A stretch of DNA of 64,000 nucleotides from assembly GCF_000143415.4 (NCBI RefSeq), contig NW_003314265.1:1047864-1111863 (forward strand), in the 5' to 3' direction. This stretch comes from Selaginella moellendorffii. Its lineage: Eukaryota; Plantae; Lycopodiophyta. Positions 39,801-53,790 of the stretch are shown here, one piece after another. A program made the translations under genes and the position numbers. Under the pieces are notes generated by a model. That model saw only the letters and a list, made by a program, of their open reading frames with translations, searched no databases and was not told where the DNA came from. Position 1 is the stretch's first letter. Each line of letters begins with the position of its first letter.

Positions 39801-40826
39801 AACACCGTGGCCCTACGCAAGCCTCATAAGTACTCTCCTCGCCTCCCACCTTTGGGTGCTCTAGCCATAGGCTTAGAGCAAGGTTCTGTTGAGCCACACC
39901 AGGTATCCAAGTAGGTAATGCCACCCACACTTGGATTAGGAGCATTGACCATTCGATTTCCTGGGGGAACTAGAGCTAGCTTTTGAACACTTCACCAAAG
40001 CTACCTCGTTTGTCGGTCCATATTCACTCTAGTTTTGGACTTCCCAGTAGTCAGCTCATCACCCAACACTGGGTATGGCCTTCTTGGGCCAAACTAACCT
40101 TTCCTAGCCAAACTAGCTCCACTAGGCTCCAACTCCCACACTCTCCCTACTAAACTTTTGGAACCCCCCGCAGCCCCCCCCTCTGGGGGACAATCGCTTT
40201 GGGCTTTCACCCAATTTCCTGTATTAGTATTCGGGCTCGGACTCGGACTCGATGGTCTCAGTCCCAGTTTCGGACTCGGACTCGATCTTAGTCTCGGTCT
40301 CGGTCTCAGTCTCGGTTCCATCTTGGACTCCATCTCAAGTCCATCTCAGACTCCATCTCGGGTCCATCTTGGACTCCATCTCAAGTCCATCTCGAACTCC
40401 ATCTCGAGTCCATCTCGGACTCCATCTCGGGTCCATCTCGGACTCCATCTCAGGTCCATCTCGGACTCCATCTCAGGTCCATCTCGGACTACAACTTGGG
40501 TCCATCTTGGACTCCATCTCGGACTCCATCTCGGGTCCATATCAGACTCCATCTCGGGTCCATCTTGGGTCCATTTCAAACTCCATCTTGGGTCCATTTC
40601 AGACTTCATCTTGGGTCCATCTTGTGTCCCTTTTCTAGATACTCACTTATCGCGCACCGCATGCTTGTTCCTTGAGCACTTCGTTGGGAGTTCCACTCCC
40701 GCTTTTGACCTTTCAAGTCGAAGCTTTTGGTCCAAACATGTTATGCTCGTTTGGCTTTCGCTTCGGCCACTACCACGTGGCACCCTTCCGGCTCCACTTT
40801 GGGGCCTAGGGATTTTGTGTCTCACA
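33891..40826 (-). mobile_element. Family A LARD-like element, copy A2, both LTRs present
   Basis: LTRs 33891-35159 (internal deletion near 34120) and 39207-40826. PBS TGGTATCGGAGC at 39192-39203, PPT at 35160-35175, TSD TTAAT/TTAAC. Hexamer/12-mer arrays at ~34740-34950 and ~40230-40625. Confidence 0.9.
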
Positions 40827-42349
40827 TTAACAAGCAAAATGGAGCAAAATAAAGTTTAATGTTATTTCAGCATACCAATGGCCTAATGCAAGGATATAAG
40901 TACTCCATTAGCTAAGATGGTATGGAGTTTGGGTTTAAACCCAAACCAGATGTAGAATAAGAATAGATACATAGGTACACAAGCAAAATCTAGAGTATGC
41001 TTTAAGTTGGTTAGCCATAACTTACTATGCATTTGGAACCCCACAACCTCTGCCCCCTCCCCCCCCCTTGAGGAATGCATACTTTGGGCTTTCATTTTAG
41101 TCCCAAAAGTTAGTCTTTGAGATAATCACGAAAACTTACTAAATATGCAAAGGCACTAGATTATGAATCTAGATACTAAAACAACACCATCATATTCATG
41201 ATAATCTCTATATTCCGTAGATATGTCTCACTAGCAAATCTAGATGCTTTTCATAAATAACCAATAGGGCCAGAACGGGACAACACATGGGGCATGATAG
41301 CGAGAGTGTTTTGGTGAACATAATAATATATCATTTAGTGAATATTGAGGGGCCAAGCTCAATATTGCAAGGGTTCCTAACACTAGTAAGTGCAAGCCAG
41401 CAAATAAGTTTTTTTAAATAGGTCAAGTATGTTTAATTAATAGCACTTAGAAATTCCGTCTTTATGCTCTTTTGACCAAGTGCACACGTGAAAACCAGTT
41501 TCTCAACTAACTTGGTGGAGATTGATAAAGGGTCCAATAAATACCAATATTTTGTTGTCGTGGCATTAAGGAAAGAATATCTAAAAAGACTTGCCAACAA
41601 GTAACTTTTGATGCTTACAATCATATTTGCAACAACAAGATAATAACATTAAAACTATCACATTTGCACATGTTAGATATATTGTAGTATTTAAATTCAT
41701 TTTGTAAGTTTGTTACGTTCTTCTTATTACTCTTCTTAAATCTTAATTTATGTTTCACTATGGATTTTTACAAATAGTATAAGAGAGATAAAGAACTCTA
41801 AAATCTATAGAGGTTTTTTTTTATATTTTCAAGATCACCCACTATTTTTATTCTCTTAAAGCCTTGTTTCTAAAAGTCTTTTATGTCTACAATATAATCT
41901 TTGTATTAGCTCTATTTTGTTGGAGGTTATGATTCAAAATGACACTAAAATGGTTGCATGTTCAGAGTTTCTTCTTTCTGGTATAAGTGAGGGTAGACAA
42001 CAATGGGATTTATAGAATTCCAAGTCTAAGGAGATTCAATTTTTTGGATTTCTAGTCAAAGTGTTAAAACACACTCCAACCAAAGTGAATGTGAATAGTC
42101 AATTATTATCCTCTTCTTCTCTTCAAGTTAAAGTAGAAAAGTTATGCAAGCACGGACCATACTTAGGCTCACGAGCTAAAGAGTTGAGCTCACGAGTTAA
42201 GCTCAATTTTCAACTATAATTTAGTACAAACATTATAAACTTTAAAATTTTAAGGTTATGGCAAACCTAATAATTTCATAACTCTCTATATATTATATAG
42301 ATAAAAATGTTCTAAAGGACACTTTTTGTTCTAATAATTTAAATATTTA

Positions 42350-45300
42350 CTACAAGTTGGTTGGTGGGTTCCGATCTAGAATCTCCTGAGTCTTGGCTAC
42401 CTGGGGTCTGATCCCATCCTGAGAGACATTAAAGCCCAGTAACCGGCCTTCGGTTACCCCAAATTTACACTTTGCCAGGTTCAATGAAAACCTGTGTTGT
42501 CGGCAGTGAGTGAAAATCTGTTCCAAGTGCACAAGGTGATCCTCAAAGGAGTCAAAGGTTGTGCACAGATCATCCATATACACCCTTAAGGCACCTCCAA
42601 TCAAGTCATGAAAGGCGTGGGTCATAAAGCGCTAAAAAGTAGCTCCGGCATTGCACAAGCCAAACGAGAGGACGTTGAAAGCAAAGACGTCCCAAAGTGT
42701 CCGGAAGGCCATAAGATCTCGATGATCCGGATGAATGAAGATCTGGTTGTACCCTGAAAAGCCATCCATGAAAGAGTAGTACTAGTGTCCAGCCATCTCG
42801 TCCACAATCGCATCGATAAACAGAGTTGGAAAGTGATCTTTCGCAGTTGCCTTGTTCAAGTCTCGAAAGTCAACACAGAGGCGGAGTTTTCCATTTGCCT
42901 TGCATACAGGGACTAAATTGGCCACCCACTCTAAGCTCTCCAAAGGGTAAATAAAGCCGGCTGCCAGAAGTCGTTCGATCTCCAACTTCATCTCTGAGTG
43001 AGCTACCGGGCTGAAACGCCGCATTTTTTGACAGACTGGTTTGGCTGACTCTGAAAGCACGATACTGTGCATGATTGTGCCATGGGAACTCCTAGAAGCT
43101 GGCTGTAGTCCCAAGCAAACACATCCTTGAAACAATGAAGGAGATCCAAGAGCTTTGCTGCGTTTATTGAAGCAAGTGATGTGGCGATAAAGACCGGGTC
43201 CTTGTCATCACCTAGAAGAACGGCATGAACCCTGGAGTCTGGAGAAACCTTGGGCCCAAGGACCTCTATCTTTGACTCCTCCATGACTCTGGAAACCGAA
43301 GAGCAGGGAGTGCCTTTAGCTTATCGCATCATGGTGATTGCTTGGTGAGATAACCTGTCTGCCCAAAAGTTTTCTTCACAGGGGACACTTTGAAAAGACA
43401 CCTCAGAGAACTCATCCTTCAGGTTGACCGCCCGCTGCCATAGCTCTTTCAAGTTCTCTTTGCGGACTTGGTATTCTCTAGTAAGTTGGCGTATGATGAG
43501 TTGCGCATCTCCAACGAAAGTGACTCGCCTAAACTTGAGATCTGTGGCCAGCTTCATGGCACTGATGGCCGCCAAGTACTCTGCTTCATTAGCTGATGTT
43601 GTTGGCAAAGTGATAGAGAGGTTGGCTACTTTGTTCTCCGCAGAATCAATTATCCAAACTCTAATGCCGGCAACCTAGATTTTGGGGTAGAAAGCACCGT
43701 CAAAATAAGCTGTAATCATAGGAGTGGCCTCTTCCTCAAATAAAGATGCTGGGGACACCACATCTGGCAAGACCGTCTCTGGTAAGTCTGGTAAGAACAT
43801 TGCTATTGGATCCAAAGTCTTTGTTTGTTGTTCTCTTTGCTTCTGATGCTCTGAGCACTCGATGTCCAATGCAAGGACTGCAGCCAGGTACTCCGCAAGC
43901 GAAGGGAGATCCTCCACCAAAGTCCAGTCCAAGTCTGGTGCTAAAGTTTCAATGTAATACCCTTGGATTTGTACCGGGGGCTCCACGGTAGGAAATTCTG
44001 AACTCAAAGAGTTATAACTTGCATGCAACACGTTCGATTTGCTTGATTCTTCTTGCCAGTTGTGTGACTGGATGTCATCTTCCGTCTCCAAAAAACAGCA
44101 TGACAAAATACGCTCGAAGTCGTCAGCTACCGCAATTTTAGTAGGAAGATGCTGGCTGTGTAACACCTCAGATAGTTGTTGAGGAGGATTGAGTTCGACT
44201 ATGTCCTGCGAAAGATAGGCCTGGTCTGGAGTGACTGTGTCATCTAGCTCCATAAAAGAAAGTCGGTCCCATGCAAGAAACGAGTCAAGAAGCCCTTCCT
44301 CTATCAAGAGACACTCCAAAAAGCTAGATATGTGAGCCAGTACCCTATAAGCCCTGCCCTCAAGTAAAGAGGGCCTGTCTAGAGGCTCAGCCTTACTCTC
44401 AAATAAAGAGAGTGAAGCTGAGAGATGACTTGGGCTACCTGACTCACCTCCAACTGCATCAATCGCATTGCATGGGAAAGTGTCCGCCATATAGATGGTT
44501 GACGCCCTTGCCAACTCAGGAAAAACCTTTGTGAGGTCGGGAGGAAAGTATGGTGTGGAGGCCATCTTAGTCCGAGCTTGCTGGGCTTGCTAAGAAAGAG
44601 CTTTGCCGTGGTTGTTGAGAAAGGTGGCGCTATGGGTTCCATTGCTAATTTCTAGCGTGCCTTGTGCGCTGTCAATGGTGCAATGGGCTGTGACTTGCTA
44701 GGAGCGGCCAAGAATGATGGAGTCTTTCAAAGAGGACGTTCCAAGACATTGGTAGTCAACCACAAGGAAATCTACCTCAGAAATAACCACTGAGACCTTG
44801 ACACCACAGCAAATTCCTGTCGGAGGAACGGTGTGGTTGGCGAAGGTTTTGAGCATGATGGAGGAGCTCTCAGTGATCTTTAACTGTGCTGAAAGGGCAG
44901 CCTCGAGAGAGATAATGTTGCTTCCAGAACCGGAGTCAACCAAAGCATCCACCCTACAAGAGGAAATACCGATTTGCACCAGGACGAAGAACAGACCAAG
45001 ATCTCCTCCATATCTTGTCATATCGACAATGTGCACCTCTTGAGGCGTCCTCTTGAGAGTGCTCTCTGGAGTTCCTGACCGTGCAAACTCCTCTAAATGC
45101 TGGCCGAATCCCGGGATAAGACACAACATCTCTCGGAGTGAAAAGGTGACGAAAGTGTCAACTAGTTGTTGAAGAACCGGCTCCGGAACAGGAGTAGCTG
45201 TTGGTGAGATCTCAGGAGGAGAAGAGAGAAGTGACCTGAAGGGGAGTTTACAAGCCACCCTCTTTGTCACTGGGCCTGATGCTAACGGAGATTCGCTCTC

Positions 45301-47872
45301 AACCGGCGCTAGGGGATCTGTGGTAGGCTGAGCGGCTACCTTCTTCTTCGCTTGGGCTCGAGTGGCTCCAGTTTGCTATTGTTGCCTATAGAGTTCCTCG
45401 GCTACCAAAATCATGTTGACCGATGAGGCTGGTGCCTTGCCTTTGCTTGACAAAGGGGCTGCGTCAATTGCTTGTCGCTCCAATTGCTCCTGATATGTCT
45501 CTGGACCCCGAGGCTGTGTGGAGTTATCAGCGAAGGGATGTTGTTGGACACATTGAGAAGATGGAGGCCGAAGCTCTGGGTGAAGCTTGAAGCAGCGCTG
45601 TGTGTTGTGTGTGTTCGTCTCGCAGTGAGTGCATCAATGGGACTTAAATCTGCGTTCCCGAGCTGTAGCAGCCTCTTTTCTGGACTCCACCAGCTCTTGG
45701 AGCAGTTTATCATGGTGGGACTACTGCTGAAGAATGATCTCCTTTAGCTGCCGCATCTCATTGGCAAAGTTCTCAAGAGCCGGAGGTGTATGCTGAATAG
45801 CGACGGGCTTTGGTGTGGATGGGCAAACAGCTGCACAAAGTGACTCTGACGGGGTGATGGCTTGGTCGAAATCAACTCTAGCAATCCCCAAGTCAACCAG
45901 AAGCTCTCTTTCCAGCTTTGTGGCAAATGAAATTGCCTCGCGCCAAGAGCTGAATGTCTTCTTAAGAAGTTTCCGCTGCAAGTTCCCATGCAGACCCGCT
46001 ATGAATGCTGTGATCCCCTGTTGCTCATCTTGGACTACTCGGCGATCCCAACACTGCTTCCAGTAAGCTCAAAACCGTGTGATGTAGTCAGGAACAAACT
46101 CGTGAGCACCCTACCAGAACGAAAAGAGGTTGACAAGTAGTTGATTTGTGGGTTTTTCTTCAACAAAGCATTCTCTAAAAGAAGTAAGTAGTGTCTGGAA
46201 GTCTGTCCGGTCCTCTGGGAGGAGAGAATCTGCCCAAGTTGCTGCTTTGCCTTCGAGAGACTACAAGAAGTTGCGGCACATACGATCATCATCGACGATC
46301 ATGTTTGTGGTGTAGTAGTAATCAAAGTGACTAATATGCGATGTTGGAGAGATTGTTCCAACACCTGAGAAGACCGAAAAATGACTCCCCTTCTGCAGAA
46401 CATGGAGCTGAGGTCGAGCTAAAGGTGGCTGCGCCATAGCTCGTAGATCTAAGTCACTGGAATCTGTCGAGGAGGAAGAGGACTCGGCCCGAGAAGGTGC
46501 AGTGTCGTAGCTAAGTTGCCTTTGGATGTTGGAAAGTTTACTCCGTACCTTAGGGCCTTGAGGTATGGTGAAAGGGTGCCAATTTGTTGTACGTCTTGTT
46601 TGTACCAGCATCAAATACCCTAAACACTACAAATGCCCGGTCAAGGCAACTGAGTTGACAGGAGCAAGAAGACTGTAGGCTAGTGCTCAAGTTGCTCAAA
46701 ATGCCTTTGACCCGTAGGGTAACCGCCGGAGTAGCCACTGGGGTAGCTGCTGGAGCAGCCGCTAGCCAGTAACCGGAGTAGCCGCTGGAGCAGCCGCTGG
46801 AGTAGCCGCTGGAGCAGCCGTTGGAGTAGCCAGTAGCCGGTAACCCGTAACTAGTAACCAAAACCTGTAACCTGTAACTGGTAACCCCTACTCTCGCTCC
46901 TACTCCTATTCCTGCGGTTACCTATTCCTTGAAGATTGCGTCGTTCCCAAGGAACCCCCAACAAAGTTTAACCCAAAAGAGAGAAATGAGTCCTTTAGTC
47001 TCGATCCTTCTCCATTTTGACTGTTAGTGGGCTCGTTGGAAAGGGCTCAGCCTCGTCTCCCCTCTATTGTAGGAATGTGGGAAGAAGCCGCCTCAATATG
47101 CCCCGAAATCCACGAAGAGGTAGCCTAGAACACCAACATTGTGGAAAAACATGTGCATGTCCATGATGTAAATCGATACTGAGGCGCCGTTGGTATTTCT
47201 GGAAAGCCTAAGACCAGGAGCACCTCTAGAAACAAACGGCATCCAAAACAAAGCTCGGAAGAGCACGAATTCCTACTCCAAAGACGACCCAATTTAGCCA
47301 GAGAAGAAAATCCCTTTGCATGCCATCAATTCACCCAAATCTAGTGCTAAGAACTGCCACTACTCATAGATCTAGGCCAGATCTACAAGCCAAATGCACT
47401 ACCTTGAGAAATTTGGCCGAGGATCCAAGCGAGAAAGTGAAAACCCCAAAATGCTCATCCAATCGAGCCAAGAAACGTTGTATCTCTTTAAGTACTGCAC
47501 AACTGGATGAGCACCATACCTTGCTGGAAAGAGGAGCTCCAGACCTATCCAACACACTCAAGATCAAAGAAAACCACCGCAAGACAAACAAGGAATTCCT
47601 TCCCAAAGCCTGTGGCCAAAAGAAAAGAGAGAAATGACGCTTTAGAAAGTACTGCACTTCACGTCGTATTCACCATTTGTTGGGGGAAGGAGGGGCGCTT
47701 CCCCCAACACTCGCTCAAACACGAAAAATGCTTCACTACTCTCCACAAAAATGCCCCCCCTCGCCCTTGTGCCTTGTGAGGCAAGGGTTTTATACAAGGA
47801 AGATGGGGAATATTCTGAGGACTAGAATATTCCCTCTCTCTCTCTCACTCTCCCGGTGGCCATGCCCTAACA
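42350..47872 (-). mobile_element. Tat-lineage Ty3/gypsy retrotransposon C1, decayed and 3'-truncated within RT: LTR/leader-gag-PR-spacer-aRNaseH-RT
   Basis: Outer terminus TGTTAGGG at 47872. Gag at ~45300-46600 and protease ALVDSGSGSNI. Archaeal-type RNase HI (YFDGA..NEAEY.A..GDAQLII.Q..EN..ADRLS) at 43321-43720. Athila/Tat-type RT (WVANLVPV..LRLCVDFRDLN, DGFSGYNQI, YMDD) at 42350-43135. Several stops and frameshifts. Confidence 0.9.
46728..46860. repeat. 12-bp tandem repeat (GGAGYAGCCGCT) in the Tat leader; homologous array at ~52690-52800
   Basis: Directly visible in both C copies. Confidence 0.85.
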
Positions 47873-48049
47873 GTAGGAGTTGGTACAATAGGCGGGAACC
47901 TTGGCCAGGGAACTTAGCAAAAGCCAAGGCAGTGTTAGTCGAATAGACGAGGTAAGCTGGCAAATTGGAAAGGAAAACTTTGTGGCTTACAATTTAGTAT
48001 GGAGATTTTTCCTTAGTTTTAGCAAAGGATAGAGGCAGATTGCTGAGAG

Positions 48050-50030
48050 ATGGCAAAGGTAGGGCGGAAACGAACCAAGGTGGAGACGGAACCTCCTCCA
48101 GAGCTGGACCGTCCAGTCAAACAAGAGGCTATGGATGAGGAATCCTTGCATGAGGAGGACTCCAGTGAGGAATCTTCCAAACAGGAGCCCGGTGGTGAGG
48201 TTCGGTCATCCAAGGCTTGATTGGACGTTTTAGAAGGACAATTGGCACAAACCAACGCCCTGCTAGAGACTTTCGTATGCAAGTTAAAGCATGATGAGAA
48301 ACGGAAGAAAAGGCAAAGGATTGCGAATGCTGGCAGTGTAGAAGGTGTGGACCCTTCGGTAGGGACTGAGGCAAAACCAAACAAGGTCGAATAAACCGAA
48401 GTGGAATCAGTCCCTCAGGCAGTTCCCAAGTACAAACCAAAGCCCCCACCGGTCTTCAAGGGAGTGAACGACTATAAGGTGGTGGAGGATTGGTTTTACG
48501 ATATGGAAGACTACTTCCAAGCGTTGCGGTTACAGAGCTAGGAGAAGGTCCCATGTGCAAAACCATACTTGGCAGATAATGCCAAGTTTTGGTGGAGAAC
48601 GACAGAGGCCAATGAAGGACCGGTGGCCACATGGGAAATGATGAAGGCGAGGATCCGCGTGACTTACGTTCCTCCGAATGCTACTCTGCATCTAAGAGAC
48701 AAGCTGAGTAGGCTGAAGCAGATCGGGACCATTCAGGAGTATGTGAATGGGTTTATGGCAAAGAGGATACTTGTCACGGACATGGGGGATATGGATGCAT
48801 TCCATGCCTTCATATCAAGCTTGCAAACCTGGGCTCGCGGTGAGGTGATGCGTTGGAACCCAACCAACTACAAGGAAGCATTGGATGCAGCCATCAAGGT
48901 GCATTTTAACGAGAACCTGCGAAAGGGGAACACGACAGGGTCAGGGTCCTCATTTAGCAAAGGGGCCAAACCAAGGGGAACATATAACAAAGGGAAATTC
49001 AAGAAGAGTTTCTTTAAGAATGAGTTTTCGGGGTTCTGAAAAGGCAAATCCGGTGGCTAGCGAGCGAGTACGTGGGGGAGTCAAGCAAAAAAAGACAAAC
49101 CCATGGATAAGAAGGTCAAGTTGTTTAGCAACGTAGGCAACAACGTATACTATAACTGTGGTGAAGCGGGACACTTTTCGAAGGAATGTCCCTACTCGAA
49201 GAAGGCCAGAGCCAATATGGCCATTAAGTCGGGTGAAATCCAAACTGAGGTATTTGATTTAGTCCCTAGCTCAAAGTTACTCATTACACGAGCAACTTTG
49301 GTAGAGAGTCATTCGCGACATCTATTAGCCCTCCAAGGGAAGCTCGGAGGTAGCTTTGTTAAGATCTTTATTGACACGGGTGCTTTGGATAATTTTGTGG
49401 CTGCAGACATAGTTCGGCAAGTCGGACTAACGATGCAGCGGTTGGGCGAACCAAAGACTATAGAGTTTGTTCAAGGTAGCCAAACCACCAATGAGGTACT
49501 TCAACAAGCGAGAGTCGAAGTAGGGACATGGAAAGTAAACATGGATTTCACTGTGTTGGATATGGCGGGATTTGATGTAATCTTCGGGATGGATTGGTTC
49601 AATCGATTTGTGGTAGCCCTACATAAACAAGGTAGGAACCTTGTGGTACTAGCGAATGCCCAAGGAAGAAAATCCAGGGTGGAGGTCCAAAATTTAAAGG
49701 TAGGGCAATGCAAGGCCAAAGATTCTTACCTAAACCTGGTGTCCACGAGAGGACAACTCACTAAAGGGACCAAGGTAACATTTTTGCGCTTACTCTTGGT
49801 GAAGAGTGACAAAAATACAGGAATGGAAGAAGTACCTTTAGTGATTTAGCAGATGTTGCATCAATTACAGGATACCATGCCAGAGGAGCTACTGGCAGGG
49901 TTGCCCCCCACACGACTGATAGAACATAAGATTGAGCTGGTTGAGGGTGTTGAGGCGGTGGTTCATCACCCCTATCGTTTGAACGAAAAAGAACTTGAGA
50001 CGCTCAAGCACCAACTAGAGGAGGTTGTGG
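48050..50030 (+). pseudogene. Ty3/gypsy (chromovirus-like) gag-protease-RT-start fragment, element D
   Basis: Retrotrans_gag (WFYDMEDYF, AKFWW, LKQIGTIQEY), zinc knuckle YNCGEAGHFSKECP, protease FIDTGALDNF and RT lead-in LPPTRLIEHKIEL..PYRL. In-frame stops are present; it is fused to C2 at ~50030. Confidence 0.85.
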
Positions 50031-53000
50031 ACAAAATAAGCTGTAATCATAGGAGTGTCCTCTTCCTCAAATGAAGATGCTGAGGATACCACATCCAACA
50101 AGACCATCTCTGGTAAGTCTGGTAAGAACGTTGCTATTGGATCAGGAGTCTTTGTTTGTTGTTCTCTTTGCTTCTGATGCTCTAAGCGCTCGATGTCCAA
50201 AGCAAGGACTGCAGCCAGGTACTCCGCAAGTGAAGGAAGATCCTCCACCGATGTCCAGTCCAAGTTTGGTGCTAAAGTTTCAGTGTAATACCCTTGGATC
50301 TGTATTGGGGGCTCCACGATAGGAAATTCTGAACTCAAAGAGCTATAACTTGCATGCAGCACGTCAGATTTGCCTGATTCTTCCTGCCAGTTGTGTGATT
50401 GGATGTCGTCTTCCGTCTTCAAAAAACATCATGACAAAATACGCTTGGAGTCGTCAGCTACTGCAATTTTAGTAGGAAGATGCTGGCTGTGTGACACCTC
50501 AGATAGTTGCTGAGAAGGATTGAGTTTGGCTGTGTCCTACAAAAGATGGACTCGGTTTAGGGTGACTATGTCATCAAGCTCCATAAGAGAGAGTTGGTCC
50601 CATGCAAGAAACGAATCGAGGAGCCCTTCCTCTATCGAGAAACACTCCGAAAAGCTGGATATGGGAGCCCGTACTTTATAAGCCCCATCATCAAATAAAG
50701 AGGGCCTGTTTAGAGGCTCGACCTTACTCTTAAATAAAGAGAGTGAAGTTGAGAGATGACTCGGGCTACCTAACTCACCTCCAACCATGTCAACCACATT
50801 GCATGAAAAAGCATCTGTTATATAGATGGTCGACGCCACCACCAACTCAAGAAAAACCTCTGTGAGCTCAAGAGGAAAGTATGGTATGGAAGCCATCTTA
50901 GTCCAAGCTTGCTAGGCTTGCTAAGAAAGAGCTCTACCATGGTTGTTGAGAAAGGTGGCACTGTGGGTTCCATCGCTAATTTCCATCTTGCCTTGTATGC
51001 TGTCAATGGTGCAATGGGCTGTGACTTGCCATGAGCGGCCAAGGATGATAAAGTTCTTCAAAGAGGACGTTCCAAGATGTTGGTAGTCAACCACGAGGAA
51101 ATCCACCTCAGAAACAACACCCTGCACAGAGACCTTGACACCACAGCAAATGCCCACCGGAGGAATAGTGTGGTTTGCGAATGTCTTGAGCACGATGAAG
51201 GAGCTCTCAGTGATTTGTAGCTGTGCTGAAAGGGCAGTTTCAAGAGAGATAATATTGCTTCTAGAACTGGAGTCAACCAAAGCATCCTTCCTACAAGAGG
51301 AAGTACCAATCTGCACCAGGACGAAGAATGGACCATATCTTGTCATGTCGACAATGTGCACCTCTTGAGGAGTCCCCTTGAGAGTGCTCTCTGGTGTTCC
51401 TGACCGTGCAAACTCCTCTAAATGCTGGCTGAATCCCGGGACAAGACACAATATGTCTCGGAGTGAAAAGGTGCGGGAGTGTCAACCAGTTGTTGAAAAA
51501 CCAGCTCCAGAATAGGAATAGTTGTTGGTGAGATTGCAGGACAAGAAGAGAGTAGTGACTTGAAGGGGAGCTTATAAGCCACCCTCTGTGTCACTAAATC
51601 TAGTGCCAACGGAGATTTGCTCTCAACCGGCACCGGGGGATCTGAGGCAGGCTGAGTGGCTACTTTCTTCTTCGCTTAGGCTCGAGTGGCTGCGGTTTGC
51701 TGCTATTGCCTATAGAGTTCCTCAGCTACCAAAATTGTGTTGACTGATGAGGCTAGTGCCTTGCCTTTGCTTGACGAAGGGGCTTCCTCAATCGCTTGTC
51801 GCTCCAACTGCTCTTAATATGTCTCTGGATCCCGAGACGATGTGGAGTTGTCTACAAAAGGATGTTGTTGGACACGTTGAGAAGATAGAAGATGAATGCT
51901 GTGATCCCTTGTTGCTCATCTTGGACTACTCTGCAATCCCAACACTACTTCCAGTAAGCTCGAAACCATGTGATGTAGTCAGGAATAGACTCGTGAGCAC
52001 CCTGCCGGAACGAAAAGAGGTCAACAAGTAGCCAATTTGTGGGTTTTTTCTTCAACAAAGCATTCTCTGAAAGAAGCAAGTAATGTCTGGAAGTCTGTCT
52101 AGTCCTCTGGGAGGAGGGAATCTGCCCAAGTTGCTGCTTTGTCTTCAAGAGATTGCAAGAAGTCGCGGCACATATGATCATCATCGACGATCATGTTTGT
52201 GGTGCAATTGTTATCAAAGTGACTGATATGCGATGTTGGAGAGACTGTTCCAACACCTGAGAATGTTGGCAGATCACTCCCCTTCTGCAAAACATGGAGC
52301 TGAGGTCAAGCTAAAGGTGGCTGCGCCATAGCTTGTAGATCTAAGTCACTAGAATCTGTCAAGGATGAAGAGGACTCAACCTGAGAAGGTGCAGTGTCAT
52401 ACCTTAGCTGCCTTTGGCTAGTAGAAAGTTTACTCCGTACCTTAAGGCCTTGAGGTATGGTAAAAGGGTGCCATTTTGTCGCATGTCTAGTTTGTACTGG
52501 CATCAAATACCCTAAACACTGCAAATGCCCGGTCAAGGCAATTGGGTTGACAGGAGCAAGAAGACTGTAGGCTAGTGCTCAAGTTGCTCAAAGTTGCCCA
52601 AAATGCCTGTGACGAAGAGAAATAAGGGCCGAAAGGGAAGTAGATGTAGGCCTCAAACACGCGTAACCATTGACCCATAGGGTAACTGCCAGAGTAGCCG
52701 CTGGAGCAGCCACTGGAGTAGCCGTTGGAGCAGCCGCTAGAGCAGCCACTAGAGTAGCTGCTGGAGTAGCTGCTGGAGTGGCCGGTAACCGGTAACCCAT
52801 AACCAGTAACCGGGGACCTGTAACCTGTAACTAGTAACCCCTGCTCTCGCTCCTACCCCTACACCTATTCCAACACCAACTCCTATCCCTGTGCTTGTTC
52901 CTACCGTCCCTGTTTCTACGCTAACTCTTGTTCCTGCTCCTCCTGTTCCTATTCCTACGGCTACCAGTTCCTTGAAGATTGCTTCGTGCCCAAGGAACTT

Positions 53001-53790
53001 CCAACAAAGTTTATCCTAAAAGAGAAAAATGAGTCCTCTGGTCTCAATCCTTTTCCATTTTGACTGTTGGTGGGCTCGTTGGAAAGAGATCAGCCTCGTC
53101 TACCCTCTATCGTAGGAATTTGGGAAGAAACCGCCTCAATATTCCCTGAAATCCACAAAGAGGTAGCCCAGAACGCCAACATTGTGGAAAAACATGTGCA
53201 TGTCCGTGATGTAGATTGATATTGAGGTGCCGTTGGTATTTCTAGAAAGCTTAGGACTAGGAGCACCTCTCAAAATAAACGGCATCCAAAACAGAGCCCA
53301 GAGGAGCACGAATTCATGCTCCAAAGATGACCCAATCTAGCCAGAGAAGAAAATCCTTTTGCATGCTATCAATTCACCTAAATCTAGTGCCAAGAATCAC
53401 CACTACTTGTAGATCTAGGCCAGATCTACAAGCCTAAATGCACTACCTGGCTGGAAAGAGGAGCTCCAAACCTATCCAACATGCCCAAGATCAAAGAAAA
53501 CCACCGCAAGATGAACAAGGAATTCCTTCCCAAAGTCTGCAGCCAAAAGAAAAGAGAGAAATGATGCTTTAGAAAGTCCTACGCATCACGCCAGGTTCAC
53601 CATTTGTTAAGGGAAGTAAAGGCACTTCCCCCAATGCTCGCTCAAACACGAGAAATGCTTCACTGCTCTTTGCAAAATGCCCCCCTTGCCCTTGTGGGGC
53701 AAGGGTTTTATACAAGGAAGATGGGGAATATTTTGAGGACCAGAATATTCCCTCTTTCTCTCTCACTCTCTCGGTGGCCACGCCCTAACA
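50030..53790 (-). mobile_element. Second Tat copy C2, truncated at the first aRNaseH motif, with an internal gag deletion near 51893
   Basis: Collinear homolog of ~43700-47872, with the same TGTTAGGG terminus at 53790. Confidence 0.88.

Larger units (their letters stand above)
18218..41634 (-). mobile_element. Old solo LTR of family B (B3), split by nested insertions; pieces 18218-18345, 32767-~32810, ~33760-33890, 40827-41634
   Basis: The pieces are collinear with the reverse complement of LTR 19141-20274. It starts TGTAGCAC and ends ...TCATATTTGCAACA. The sequence resumes across each insertion at a TSD. Confidence 0.72.

Noticed and set aside
41700-42340. MITE-like AT-rich remnants (similar hints at ~9600-9900 and ~59900-60120)
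   Set aside because: Paired TIRs and TSDs could not be established by eye.
47881-47900. TGGTACAATAGGCGGG as the PBS of element D
   Set aside because: The position is plausible, but there is no adjacent cognate LTR and no confident tRNA match.
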